From Hemiscyllium ocellatum (lineage: Eukaryota), in contig NC_083409.1 of NCBI RefSeq assembly GCF_020745735.1, positions 17,566,341 through 17,630,340 on the forward strand: 64,000 nucleotides of DNA, given 5' to 3'. The translations under genes and the position numbers were made by a program. This document shows positions 1-11,615 of this stretch, piece after piece (position 1 is the stretch's first letter; each line of letters opens with the position of its first letter). The notes under the pieces are model-generated. The model saw only the letters and a program-made list of their open reading frames with translations, was not told where the DNA came from and searched no databases.

Positions 1-1420
1 AAGAATGGTTGGTTAGATATTGGCTCGTGGTACCATCCAGCTATCACAGGGAGATATTGTGAGGAGCACATCAGATTTCCATGACAGGACCATGGGGATT
101 TGGAAATTGTCCAATTGTCCACAGGCATCCAGAATCAGGTGTTTTATTGAGCCAAAATTATATAAAGATGTGGCACAGTTTTATAAATGTAACGTACTTG
201 AACTCATTTTTACCAATCTGCCAGCTGCAGATGCTTCTGTCCACGAAAGTACCAGTAAGGGTGACCACCGCACAGTCCTTGTGAAGACCAACACCCGCCT
301 TCATTGAGAATAGCCTCCATCGTGTTGTGTGGCACTTTCACGAGACTAACTGGGACAGACTTACAACCAATCTCACAACTCATGACTGGGCATCCATGAA
401 GTACTGTGGGCCATCAACAGCAGCAGAATTGTGCTCCAGCCCCGACACGACCATTATCATCAAACCAGGGAATCAACACTGGTTCAATGGAGAATTCAGG
501 AGGGCGTACCAGGAGCAGCACCAGTCATTCATCAAGATGAGGTATTCCTGCATTCCTGATGAAGGGTTTTTGCCCGAAAGGTCGATTTTACTGCTCCTCG
601 GATGCTGCCTGAACTGCTGTGCTTTTCCAGCACCACTCTAATCTAGACTCTGGTTTCCAGCATCTGCAGTCATTGTTTTTACCAAGATGAGGTATTTACC
701 GGGTGAAACCACCAAACAGGACTACTTGCATGGCAAGCAGCACAAGCAGCAATTGACAGACAGTATTAGACAACACACAACCAATGGATCAGGTCTAAGC
801 TCTGCAGCCCTGTCACATCCAGTCATGAGTGCTGGTAGACGATTAAACATCTCACTGGATGAGCGGGCTCCACAAATATCCCCACCCTCAATGATGGAAG
901 AGTCCAACACATCAGGGCAAAAGATAAGGCTGAAGCTTTTGCAGAAATCCTCAGCCAGAAGTTCTGAGTGGATGATCCATCTTGGCCTCCGCCAGTGGTC
1001 CTCAGCATTAAAGATAACCATCTTCAGTCAATTTGATTCACTCCACGTGTTATCAAGAAATGGGTGGAGGCACTGGGTACTGCAAAGGCTTTGGACCCTA
1101 ACAACATTCTGGTAATAATACTGAAGACTTGTGCTCCAGAACTTGTCACTTCCCTAGCCAAGCTGTTCCAGGAAAGCTATAACACTAGCATCTGCCCAAC
1201 AATGTGGAAAATTACCCAACTATGTCCTGTACATAAAAAGCAAGTCAAATCCAAGCCAGCCAGTTACCGCCCCATCAGTCTCCTCTCGATAATCGGGAAA
1301 GTGATGGAATGTCATCAACAGTGCTATCAATCAGCACCTGCTCAGCAATAACCTGCTCAGTGATGCCCAGTTTGGGTTCCACCAGGGTCACTCAGCTCCT
1401 GGCTTCATTACAGATTGGTT
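1..1420 (+). mobile_element. Degenerate LINE (CR1/L2 group) ORF2 fragment
   Basis: KTCAPELVTSLAKLFQESYNTSICPTMWKITQLCPVHKK...YRPISLLSIIGKVME is the typical pre-RT segment of a non-LTR element; the frames are broken. Confidence 0.75.
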
Positions 1421-2329
1421 CAAACATGGACAAAAGAGTTGAATTAGGGATGAGCAACAAATGCTGGTCTTGGGAAACTGGGGATAAGCAACAAATCCTG
1501 GCCAACCAGTGATGCTCACATTACACAAAATGAATAATTTTTTAAAAACACTTGTCAAGTTATAGGTAAACCTCAACATGTGATTGAACCAGCATCCTTA
1601 ATTCCTCTCCCAGTTTTTGAGGAACCATTCAGTCGTGTACAGGTGTGTCAAGTAGTGAGTATAATGGAGGAGGGGATGAGAAAAAGCATGAGATCCAAAG
1701 GCAATTGGACAATTTCCAAAGTGAACTTCCTCCTATGAGGTGAACAAATTCAGAGATATTAGAGAATTCAGACACTGTATTTTTGCATCTGGAGGAAGAT
1801 CAACAGAGGGACAGAGTGAGATTGCTCAGAGAATACAAAGAAGTTTGTGTGAGGAGTGGTTGGAGTTTGTCTTCGGTCTGTACTTGATGGAGTTTGGAAG
1901 GATGAGGGGCAATCTCAGTGAAACATACTGTATCCTGAGAGGCCTGGATAGAGTAGACATGGAGAAGATGTTTCCACTTGGCAGAGAGACTGAGGGCACA
2001 GCTTCAGAGTGAAGGGACCATCCTTTGGAACTGAGATGAGGAGGAGATTTTTCATCCAGAGAGTGGTTAATCTGTGGATTAATCATTGCTGCAGAATGCT
2101 GTGGAGGCCAAGTCATTGAGTGTATTTAAGACAGAGATAGATGGATTCTTGATTGGTAAAGGGATCAAGGGTAATGGAGAAAAGGCAGGAGATTGGGGTT
2201 GACAAACAAATCAATTATGATCGAATGGCAGAGCAGACGTGATGGGCCGAATGGCCTAACTCTACACTGATACATGGTCTTTAAAAGATACACATAGGTG
2301 TCCCAGATTAATCGAACATGATGTGGATG

Positions 2330-3200
2330 TAGGTTATTCAGACCCAATAAAACAAAATCCATTTTGATTAAAACCAGAGAAACAAGTCAAAGTAACAAAT
2401 GAAGCTCAATACTTGTTGGAGAATCAATTGATTGAACTGTCAGCGTAATTGGAGTTCTCTTGTGTAGGATTGAGCAAAAGTCATGATCATTTAAAACCCT
2501 GGATTTTTTGTAAAAAATGGCTGCCTGGAACTATTGTTCTGCCTGGAATTCCAGTTCACACCTCAACTCTGAAAGGGACACCAACCAGAACACATTCTCT
2601 TGAATGAAACTAACTTTTACAACCTCGGCCTACTAACACACACTACCAACAAGCAGCTTTAGAACCAAGAACAACAGAGGCCAAACACAGAAGCTGAATC
2701 CAGACACCAAACCAAGAGCATCATTGTAACAAAGGACACCCAAGAGCGGGAACACCAACCAAACGCTATCTGAACAAGAGCTTCCAGACACAGGCCTGTT
2801 CTGAATAAACACAGAGATTCTTTTGCCCTGAAACACCTGTCTATTGCCTTCTCAATTTCACAGTTTTAAATCAGCCCATTTGTGGAACCAGGGATCTGGG
2901 GATGATTCAAACCACCTAAAAATCAGCAAATTACTGATCACAAACAAGAGAGGGTGCCCTGATTGAACTGTTAAGAGTAGTTGGAGTTCTCTTGTTTGGT
3001 GACTCAGCCAGATGTTTCAATTCGATTCTGTGTACACTATAGGAAAGTGAATGTTGTCACAAAGATGGATTTGTATCCTATTCCCAGGTCAGAAGATTGC
3101 ATTGAAATGGTGGGTAGTGTGTCATTCCTATCGAAAATTGATTTGATGAAAGTAAATTGATAAGTATCGCTGACAAGAGGGAAGGAAAATTCTGCCTTTG
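2330..3200 (+). mobile_element. Degenerate Ty3/Gypsy RT fragment, split by a 0.5-kb insert
   Basis: The piece ...FCVHYRKVNVVTKMDLYPIPRSEDCIEMVGSVSFLSKIDLMK (about 3025-3150) resembles the Gypsy RT N-terminus. Confidence 0.65.
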
Positions 3201-3329
3201 CTGCATTCTGGATCTTTGTACACTAAGGAAAACTCAAATCCATTTGAAACATGTTGGGACGTCAGGGTATAGACTGAGGGCAGAACTGAAGAAAATTAGT
3301 TTTATTCGGGAAATGGTTTTGGAAAATTT

Positions 3330-4900
3330 ATGGGATTAAAGTTTGATAAATCCGCAGGGACCAATAACCTGCATTTCAGATTACTTCAGGAATTGCCCAA
3401 AAATTTTGGGAACATTGGTGTTCAAGATTCTATTGATTCTGGAACTTTCCCAGTGACTGGAGAGTTGCGAATGTAACATCACTGTTTAAAATGGGAGGGA
3501 GAGAGAAAAGTGGGCAACCTGGACCAGTCAGCCTGGCATTGGTATTGGGAAAAATAGTCAAGTTCGTTGTGAAAGATTTAATCACTGGGCACGTGGAAGA
3601 CAGTGACAGGATTAGACAGAGTCAGCATGGTTTGTGGAAAGGGAAATCATGCTTAACAAATTGACTGGAATTGTTCGAGGATGGAATGAGCAGATTTGAC
3701 AAGGGGGAGCCAACGGATGTGGTTTATCTGGAACCTTCAGAAGGCTTTTGAACAGTCCCACAGTAGAAATTAGCGTATAAAAGTAAGACTCAATGGACTG
3801 GGGCAGTGTACTGACATGGATAGAGAAGTGGTTGGCAGGCTGGAAACAAAGAGTAAAAAAAAACAGACCTTTTCAGAAAAAGGTCTGTTTTTTTTACTCT
3901 TTGTTTCCAGCCTGCCAACCACTTCTCTATTCATGTCAGTAATGTTCATATTTGTTCATGGTTTAGATGAGGGAACTTAAGAGTAATATCTCCAATTTGC
4001 AGATGACACAAAGCTGGGTGGGAGGGGGAGCAGTGAAGAAGATGCAGAGATGCCTGTGTCCGTGTATACCAGTCACTGAAAGTCAGCGTGCAGGTGCAGC
4101 AGGCAGTGCAGAAGGTAAATGATATGTTACCTTTATAGTGAGAGAATTTGAGTACAGGAACAGGGATGTCTTGCTGTAATTGTATGGGGCCTTAGTGAGT
4201 CCACTCCTGAATATTCAAACCAAAACTGGTTCAGTGACAGGAGACAGAGGGTGGAGGCAGAAATTTGTTTATGTGACTGGGCCCAGTGTGCAGTGGGATA
4301 CCACAGGGATCAGTGCTGGGTCCCTTATTGTTCAGGATGTATTGAAACAATGAAGATGAGAATGTGAGAGGTGAGGGGTGGGGGTGAGTGGATGATGACT
4401 GAGTTTTTGGATGACACGAGGTTTGGCAGATGGTTGACAGTGAGGAAGAAGGTCTTGGGTTACACGAGGATCTAACTGGATTGGTCAGATGGGCAGAACA
4501 GAGTCAGAGGGAACTTACCCCTGATAAATGTGAGGTGATGAACTTTGGACAATGTAACAGGTGAATAAAGTATTGATGAAATCATATGGGACACTTGCCT
4601 TTATCATTTCAGGTATAGATGAGAAGACCAGGGAAGATATGTTGGAGCTATTCAGAATTTTTGTTAGGCCACAGCTGGAGTACTGTGTGCAGTTCTGGTC
4701 ACCATGTGATCGGAAGGATGGGATTGTACTGGAGGGGGTGCAGAGAATAGTCACCAGGATGTTGCTTGGGATGAAGCATTTCAGCGATGAAGAGAGGCTG
4801 GATAAACTCGGGTTGTTTTCTTTGAAGCAGAGAAGGTTGAGAGGACCTGATAGAGGTGTAAACGGCTATGAGGGGAATGGACACAATGAATAGAAAGCAG
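3330..4900 (+). mobile_element. CR1 LINE ORF2 (RT/3') fragments
   Basis: GKSCLTN and FADDTKLGG remnants; VRPQLEYCVQFWSP...LEGVQR..TRM. Confidence 0.8.
3809..3941. repeat. Near-perfect hairpin, about 65-nt arms with a 3-4 nt loop
   Basis: TACTGACATGGATAGAGAAGTGG...CAGACCTTTT / CAG / AAAAAGGTCTG...TTCATGTCAGTA. It is absent from the duplicate at about 57940-57985. Confidence 0.93.
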
Positions 4901-4922
4901 TTGTTCCTTTGTTGTTTTTTTT

Positions 4923-5128
4923 TAGATTACTTACAGTGTGGAAACAGGCCCTTCGGCCCAACAAGTCCACACCGATTGGACTGTGGGAGGAAACCGGAGC
5001 ACCCGGAGGAAACCCACGCAGAGGAGAATGTGCAAACTCCACACAGTCAGTCGCCTGAGGCGGGAATTGAACCCAGGTCCCTGGTGCTGTGAGGCAGCAG
5101 TGCTAACCACTGTGCCACCGTGCCGCCC
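4923..5128 (-). mobile_element. HE1/V-SINE-type tRNA-derived SINE, internally deleted; present only in duplicate copy 1
   Basis: GGGCGGCACGGTGGCACAGTGGTTAGCACTGCTGCCTCACAGC head and GTAAGTAATCTA tail. The matching site in copy 2 (about 58946-58956) is empty. Confidence 0.9.
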
Positions 5129-6584
5129 AATTGGCACACATTCACTGTGAAAGACAGGAGCTTCATAGGGGATTTGAAGAGGAGGTTTTCACCCAGAGGG
5201 TGGTGGGAGTCTGGTTTGCATTGTCTGGGCTGGTAGTTGAGGAGGACTTTTAAAAGTACTTGGATTAACCCTTGAAATATCATAACATTTAAAGCTATGG
5301 GCCTTGTGTTGGAAAGTTGGATGAATGCAGGTTTACTGTAGTTTGGATGGTACAGGTACAATGGGTCAAAGGGCCTCTTCTGTACTGTGCGATTTTACGA
5401 TTGTATTGTGTGCAGTTTTGGTCTACTTATCTGAGGAAAGATGTTCTGGCTGTGGAGGGAGGGCAGCGAAGGTTTACCAGGCTGACTCCTGGGATGACAG
5501 CAATTAGACTTAGATCTGATGAGAAACTGGATCAGTTAGGATTATATTCACTGGAGGTTAGAAGATTATGGGGAGTCACACTGAAAACTCTAGAATCCTA
5601 ACAGGACAAGGCAGGATGTTCCTGATGACGAAGGAGTCCAGAATCAAGGATTAAAGTTTAAGGATACGGGAAAGGACATTTAGAGCTGAGATGGAGAGAA
5701 ATATTTTCATTCTACAGGAAGCCTGTAGAAGTTTCTGTCACTGAAAGCAGTTCAGCTCAAACCACTGAATGTTTTCCAGAAAGGGCACAATACAGTTCTT
5801 AGAATGAAAGGGATCAAAGGTTATGGGGATGAAGCAGGAACAGGCAACTGAGTTGGATGATCAGCCATGATCATATTGAATGGCAGAACAGGCTCGAAGG
5901 GCTGAATGGCCTATTCCTGCTCCGAGTTTCACTGTTTGAGAAATTGTTCATCAGCGTGGAAACATATTGAATTAGAGAAAAACATTTGCCTTGGGTTAGG
6001 AATTAGTTTGGAGATAGGAGACAGAGTGAGGGAATAATGTGTGTGTCCTCAAATGAGCAAGAGGTGAATAGTGGTGTGCCCAGGGATCCGTCCTGGGACT
6101 TTAGCATTTCATAATATTTCTGAATGACTTGGATGAAGGAATAGAGAGCCATATATCCAAGATTGCTGACCACACTGAGTGAGGCAGCCAGGAGGAGGTT
6201 ACAGAGATGGGGAGGGCGGATGGACAGGGAGGGACTTCAGAACAAGGACGAGAATTTGAAAATCGAGGTGTTATTGGACCGGGAGCCAATGTCGCTCAGT
6301 GAGGACGGTGGGGGATGGGGATGGGATTTGTTGCGAGTTCGGATACGGGCAGCAGAGTTTGGGGTGAGCTGAAGTTTACAGAGGGCAGTGGCTGTGATGT
6401 GGCCCAAGACAACATTAGAATGGTCATGTTTGGAGTCCCAAAGCAACGAGTGGGACTTTCAGTGAGTGATCTCTGTGCTGTGGAGGATTTGGGGCTCAGA
6501 TCAGCCTCAAAGATGAGGCCAAGATTTTAAGGAATCTGGTATGAAATAAAAGCCGAAAAAGCTGCAGATGCTGCAAATGAGGAA

Positions 6585-6775
6585 CAAAAACAGAAATTGC
6601 TGGAAAAGCTCGGCAGGTCTGGCACCATCTGTGGAGAGAAAGCAGAGTTAAAATTTTGGGACGTGAACCTTCTCAGAACTGTTCTGAGGAAGGGTCACTC
6701 GACCTGAAAGGTTAACTCTGATTTCTTTCCCCAGATGCTGCCAGACCTGCTGAGGTATTCTGTTTTTGTAAAGAG
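6585..6775. mobile_element. Short Penelope-derived fold-back element
   Basis: Imperfect inverted arms centred on CTCAGAAC-T-GTTCTGAG (6680), with CAGATGCTG/CAGGTCTGGCA motifs shared with the other Penelope ends. Confidence 0.6.
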
Positions 6776-6914
6776 TCTGGTTGAGCAGCAGACAGTGCTC
6801 AGGGAGAGGGATGGAGGTTGTACCGGGACCTGAAGGGGATGGCTTTGATCTTCCCAATGTGTTTCCCAGTGAGCCTGGCTCCTCAGTCCTGACTGCTCTT
6901 AGCTGCTGTGATTG

Positions 6915-7060
6915 TCACTGATTGGACACTTATTATTAGAGATTCTGACCACAGCAGAAAGCCCCAGTGTAAAAAATAACTGCAAAGGCTGTCAGATCGC
7001 AAGGTTGAAACTTCACCAAGTGAGGAAGTGAAATAAGGAGCTCGGAGCAGCTGGACATTT
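6915..7060 (+). promoter_or_regulatory. Candidate lymphoid enhancer module (EICE + RUNX + E-box + CCAAT)
   Basis: GGAAGTGAAA 7024-7033, ACCACA 6948-6953, CAGCTG 7048-7053 and ATTGG 6921-6925 sit in a non-TE-looking island. The EICE is retained in the duplicate (60851-60860). Confidence 0.4.
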
Positions 7061-8629
7061 GTTACTGAGACGGGAGAAAACTGTGAACTGTCTGCACTCC
7101 CTGGAATCTGACAGCACATAAGAACATTAAAACCAGGAGAAGGAGCAGGCTCTCTGGCCTCTTGGGCTGCTCTGCCATTCAGTAAGATCATGGCTGATCT
7201 TTTCATGGCATCAGCTCCCCCTTATCCACCTTTTCACCAAAACCCTTGATTCATTTACTGTTCAAAAAATTACCTAAATCAGCTTTAAAAACATTTACTG
7301 AGGAAACCTCAACGACTTCGCTGGGCAGGGAATTCCATAGATTCACCACCCTCTGGGTGAAGAAGTTCCTTCTCTATTTAGTCCTAAACCTGCACCCCCC
7401 CCCCCACCTGTGGTGTCTGTGAGTGATCCAATTATTCCCACTGCCCCCTCTCTCCCCATAACCCAGCAAATCTTTCCTTTCAGCTCGATCTCCAGCTGCC
7501 TCTTGTTGACTTGGGTCCACAGCAGAGACTGTCCCTAACCTGGGCTCCAAGCTGGCATCTCATTCATTCATTGGGAGGCAAACTGCCTGGGCTGGGAGGT
7601 GGAGCTCAGGACCCTGAACATTCCCTCTCCCCTCCTGAGGGACATTTGATGCTGAGGTTTAATTCTATGGAACTTTACAATATATGCCTACAATACACAC
7701 TTCTCCATTCTGTGTGTAAAAGGCTGGAGCCTGCCAGCAGGATATTCAACTGCAGGAGCTGTCATCAATTTGACCAATTCTGACCACACCCACTCTCCGT
7801 AACCTTTCAACTAATTACTAAAATCAAATCTGTCAATCTCCTCCTTGGTATGAGACAGGGAAGGGGCCATTTCATTCCAGACAATTTGGAATTTATGGAG
7901 CACAGATGGAGTAAGCTGAGAGAGGACATCAGAATGTTGGAGTTTGGAGGTGGGATGAGCAGGAATAAGAGTTTCTGTGGTCAAGGGGCTGATGTAGTGC
8001 AGAGACAAACAATGTAGTGGAGATTGAAATAAGAGACCTAGGTGATGGAGAGGAAGTGGGGTTTGAAGCTCCAATACTGGAGGGTCCAGTGGGAAAGAAG
8101 CTCAGGCTTATTGCTGTCCATTGGACATTCCAGTGGGATGGAGGCCCATGTTTCCTGATCTCTGTTGGAGGTTCCAATTGAGTCCCATGGAATTGGAATG
8201 TTGGCATTTCTTGCAGCAATTGGAATCTTGGTATTTATTATAAAAGGACTGAATTACAGAAATAAAGAAATATTGTGACAATTCTATTAGGCATTGGTGA
8301 GGCCACATCTGAAGCATTGTGTCCAGTTGTGGTCTCCTTACTTGGTGAAGGATATGGTGGCACTGGATTCAGTTCAGAGGATGTTCACCAGACTGATTCC
8401 CCGGATGAAAGGGCTGCCATATGAGGAATGGTTGAATAGCTAGGGCTTGTACTCACTGGAATTCAGTTGTATGAAGGGGAGATCTGAGTGAAGTATATAA
8501 GATGCTAAAGGAGATTGATAGGGCAAGCATTGAACAGATGTACTCTCTTGTGGGCCAGTCTCGAACAAGAGGTCATAGACATAGAGTGAGAGGAGGTATG
8601 TTTAAAACTGAGATGAGGAGAAACTACAG

Positions 8630-8960
8630 GTGACAGAGTGGTGCAGTGGTGAGCACTGCTGCCTCACAGTGCCAGGGCCCCAGGTTCGACTCCACCCTCA
8701 GGCAACTGCATGGAGTTTGCACATTCTCCCCCTGTCTGTGTGAGCTTCATCTGTGTGCTCTGATTTCCTCCCACAGTCTAATGATGTACACGTTCAGAGG
8801 ATTGGCCATGCTAATTTACCCATAGTGTCCAGGAAAGTGTAGGTTAGATTCATTAGTCATGGGAAATATAGGGTTACAGGGAAAAGGTTCCAGAATGGCT
8901 CTGGGTGGAATGCTCTTTGAAGGGTTGGTGTGGACTTATTGGGCTGAATGGCCTGGTTTC
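8630..8960 (+). mobile_element. Older HE1/V-SINE-type SINE inside a CR1 3' fragment
   Basis: GTGGTGCAGTGGTGAGCACTGCTGCCTCACAG head and GGAGTTTGCACATTCTCCCC core. Confidence 0.75.
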
Positions 8961-9291
8961 ATACTGTATGGAATCTGTTCCATTCCAACTACTTCTCGCA
9001 GAAGGTTGCGAATCTGTGGATGTCAGTGCGCACCATCATCTCCACCCCCCCTCCCCACTCCCCCCCCCCTCCCCACCCCCTTCCTCAAGCACAGTGGAGG
9101 CAGAATCAATCAACAGATTCAAGAAAGAAACAGATATCTTTCTGATGAAAAGCAGGATAGAGGGCAATAGGTAGCCGTCTGGAAAGTGGAGAGGAGGTTA
9201 AGTTCAGCCATGATCATGTTAAATAGGAAACGGGTTTGATTACCTATTCCTGCTCCTCATTCCGAAGTTCAATCTTGCAATGAGATCCTTG

Positions 9292-9640
9292 TTTACTGGT
9301 CTGTATTGGAGGATCCATTCACAAAGAGTCACATCTTTACTGGTCTGTATTGGAGGAGCCAGTTTGAAGCTCGTCTATATTTACTGGTCTGGACTGGAGA
9401 GTTCAAAGAAATGGAGGCCTTTCTCTCCTGGTTTCTATTGGAGGGCCCAGTAGGAATAAGGTCCATGTTAACTAGGCTCTGCTCGAGTATTCAGTGGGAA
9501 ATAGACCCATATTTACTGGTCTCCATTGGAGGCTCCAGCGGCAAAGATGCCTATGTTTAATGGTCTCTACTGGAGAGTTCTGTGGGAATGAATTCCATGC
9601 TTACTGGTCTCCACTGGACAGTCCAGTGGGACATGGATAC
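9292..9640 (+). repeat. Degenerate 44-bp-period minisatellite (about 8 units)
   Basis: The TTTACTGGTCT...TGGAG core recurs at 9292, 9336, 9380, 9424, 9468, 9512, 9556 and about 9600. A second copy lies at about 63124-63470. Confidence 0.8.
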
Positions 9641-10104
9641 TGTAGTGAGTGTGGGGCTCATTTCCTTTCTGTAGTAACTGTGTGATGGTCCAATCCTCAT
9701 ACCAATAAAACTGGAGCTTGACCATGGAAGGGAAAGGTGAGGGGAAAGGATTGGAACATGTTGTGAATGGATAGGATGGGTCAATGGGTCAGATCCAGTC
9801 CTATCCCTCCAGGTCATACTGATGGCCTGAGGATCTCCTCCCTCTGCTGGGCTTTCATGGAATGAGGTTTGTGTCCAAACCAGTCCCCAGGAAGAATGGG
9901 CCAACAGCACAGAATTGCCCTTCATTTGACAAGAATCTGACCGTCTTCCTGAGAAAGGCCAAACCCTGGTCAATGTGGGAAATGGGCCTTTATTCCAGGA
10001 GTAGACATACTCCTGGTGTCAAGGGTTAACATCCATTAGATTTGGAGGAGATATAACCTGTATTTAACTTTTACCACTTGGGACCTTGTTGGAAAGGCAG
10101 AGAG

Positions 10105-10109
10105 TGTGC

Positions 10110-10147
<38 letters not shown>

Positions 10148-11377
10148 ATGTTGACGAGAGAGACATAGAAGGGCAGGGTGTGAAAGTGAGAGAGAGCAGG
10201 ATAAAGAATCTCAGGCAGTGTAAGATGAGTAAAAGCGGGGGGAGAGAGAGAGGTAGAGAGAGGTAGAGATGGTGGAGTTGAAGAATAGAGATAGAGCTAG
10301 ATAGAGTATGAGACAGTGTGACTGAGAGAGAGGGGACAGAGAGAGAGAGAGACAGACAGAGTAGGTGTGAGACAAAGAGTAGAGGCAATCCAGTGAAAGA
10401 GAGAGACAGACGTGCAGAGATGTTCTGGTCACCATATTATGAGAAAGATATGACTGTACTCGAGATGGTGCAAAGATTTCCCAGGATGCTGCCTGGCCTG
10501 GAGGGTGTGAGCTATGAGGAAGGATTGGAAAGTTTGGGATTGTTTCTCTTGGAGCAGTGAAGGTTGAGAGGGAACCTGCTGAAGGGCAAAAAGATTATGA
10601 GAGGCAGGGATAGAGTGGACAGGAAGGCAACTTTTTCCATGAATAGAGGGATCAATATCCAGGGACAGAGATTGGAGATTACACAGACATACAAAGATAG
10701 AAATAGAGAGCAGGAGTAGGGTTAGGTTTAGGGTTAGGGTTAGGGTAAGGGTTAGGGATTGGCCCTGTGAGTCTGTTCTGCCATTCAATATGACCATGGC
10801 TGATCCTCTCCCTCAATGCCAAGCTGGGATTGATGTTGCTAGATCATTGATGATCAGTAGAGACTTGTTAAATGCTGTTCATGTCATTGAACTTTTGATT
10901 GAGAGAGACACAGAAGACACACACAGACAGAGACAGAGAGCAAGTGGACATTGTGAGATTGAGTGAGAGAGGGCGAGGTATTTAATTGCTGCCCCAGGAC
11001 TCACTGTTCCAATGTCCTGGAATAATGCCTGCTAGAGAGTGACTGGAGGGAGGGAAACAAAGAGAGAGTGAGGCAATTAGAGATTGAGGGTATAAGGAGA
11101 GAATGAGTGAGGAATTAGGTAGTAATATAAGTGAAGGAGAAGAATGAATGATCAGAAAGAGAGAGAGAGAGAGACCAACCAAAACAGAAGGGAGGGAGAT
11201 AAACAGAATGTCATACATACATGGAAAAAAGGAAAGATATAAGTAGTTATATAATTGGGAGAGGACAGAGTTGGAGACGGAAATAGAAAAAGAGAGAGAA
11301 AGTCAACGAATAACAAGAACGTATACAAGAGAAGGGTGAGAAAGAGAAAAAAGGGAAAAGGGAGAAAGAAAAGAAAG

Positions 11378-11408
<31 letters not shown>
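10105..11408 (+). repeat. Purine-rich low-complexity region with (GT)n(GA)n and (GA)n microsatellites
   Basis: (GT)n(GA)n at about 10105-10146, (GA)n at about 11381-11408, and A/G-rich sequence in between. Confidence 0.85.
10717..10757 (+). repeat. Interstitial telomere-like (TTAGGG)n tract
   Basis: TAGGG TTAGG TTTAGGG TTAGGG TTAGGG TAAGGG TTAGGG. Confidence 0.85.
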
Positions 11409-11413
<5 letters not shown>

Positions 11414-11506
11414 AAGTGTGAGGGGCTGACGTGGCTCTCTCTGCCTGATGCCATTTACATACTGAGGAACACCCAGTCAGACTCTCACAGGCTGCAGCTT
11501 TATAAA
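11408..11506 (+). promoter_or_regulatory. V-gene promoter: PU.1/ETS box, CRE-like site, octamer variant, TATA
   Basis: AAGAGGAAGTG 11408-11418; TGACGT 11427-11432; ATTTACAT 11453-11460 (one mismatch to the light-chain octamer ATTTGCAT); TATAAA 11501-11506, 66 nt before the ATG. Confidence 0.75.
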
Positions 11507-11566
11507 GCAGAGCCCAGTGAAGGGAGAGTTTATCAGGAGCCAGGCACAGGGACAGGAGCACACACC

Positions 11567-11615
11567 ATGATTACACACATCCAGCTGATCTGGCCCCTGG
11601 CATTCTGTGTCGCAG
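11567..11615 (+). CDS. NS5: Ig light chain leader exon (L-part1), MITHIQLIWPLAFCVA + G, phase-1 donor
   Basis: ATG in ACACCATG context, 49-nt exon ending GCAG|GTACAA. It splices in frame over a 186-nt intron (11616-11801, ending CCCTCAG) to the V exon, giving a 20-aa signal peptide MITHIQLIWPLAFCVAGING. Confidence 0.93.

Larger units (their letters stand above)
1320..10170 (+). repeat. Segmental duplication, copy 1 (upstream flank of the IgL cluster)
   Basis: Collinear and near-identical to 55400-64000; paired ORF-track entries are identical or nearly so (e.g. 6648-6857 vs 60475-60684, 9306-9560 vs 63138-63392). Confidence 0.97.
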
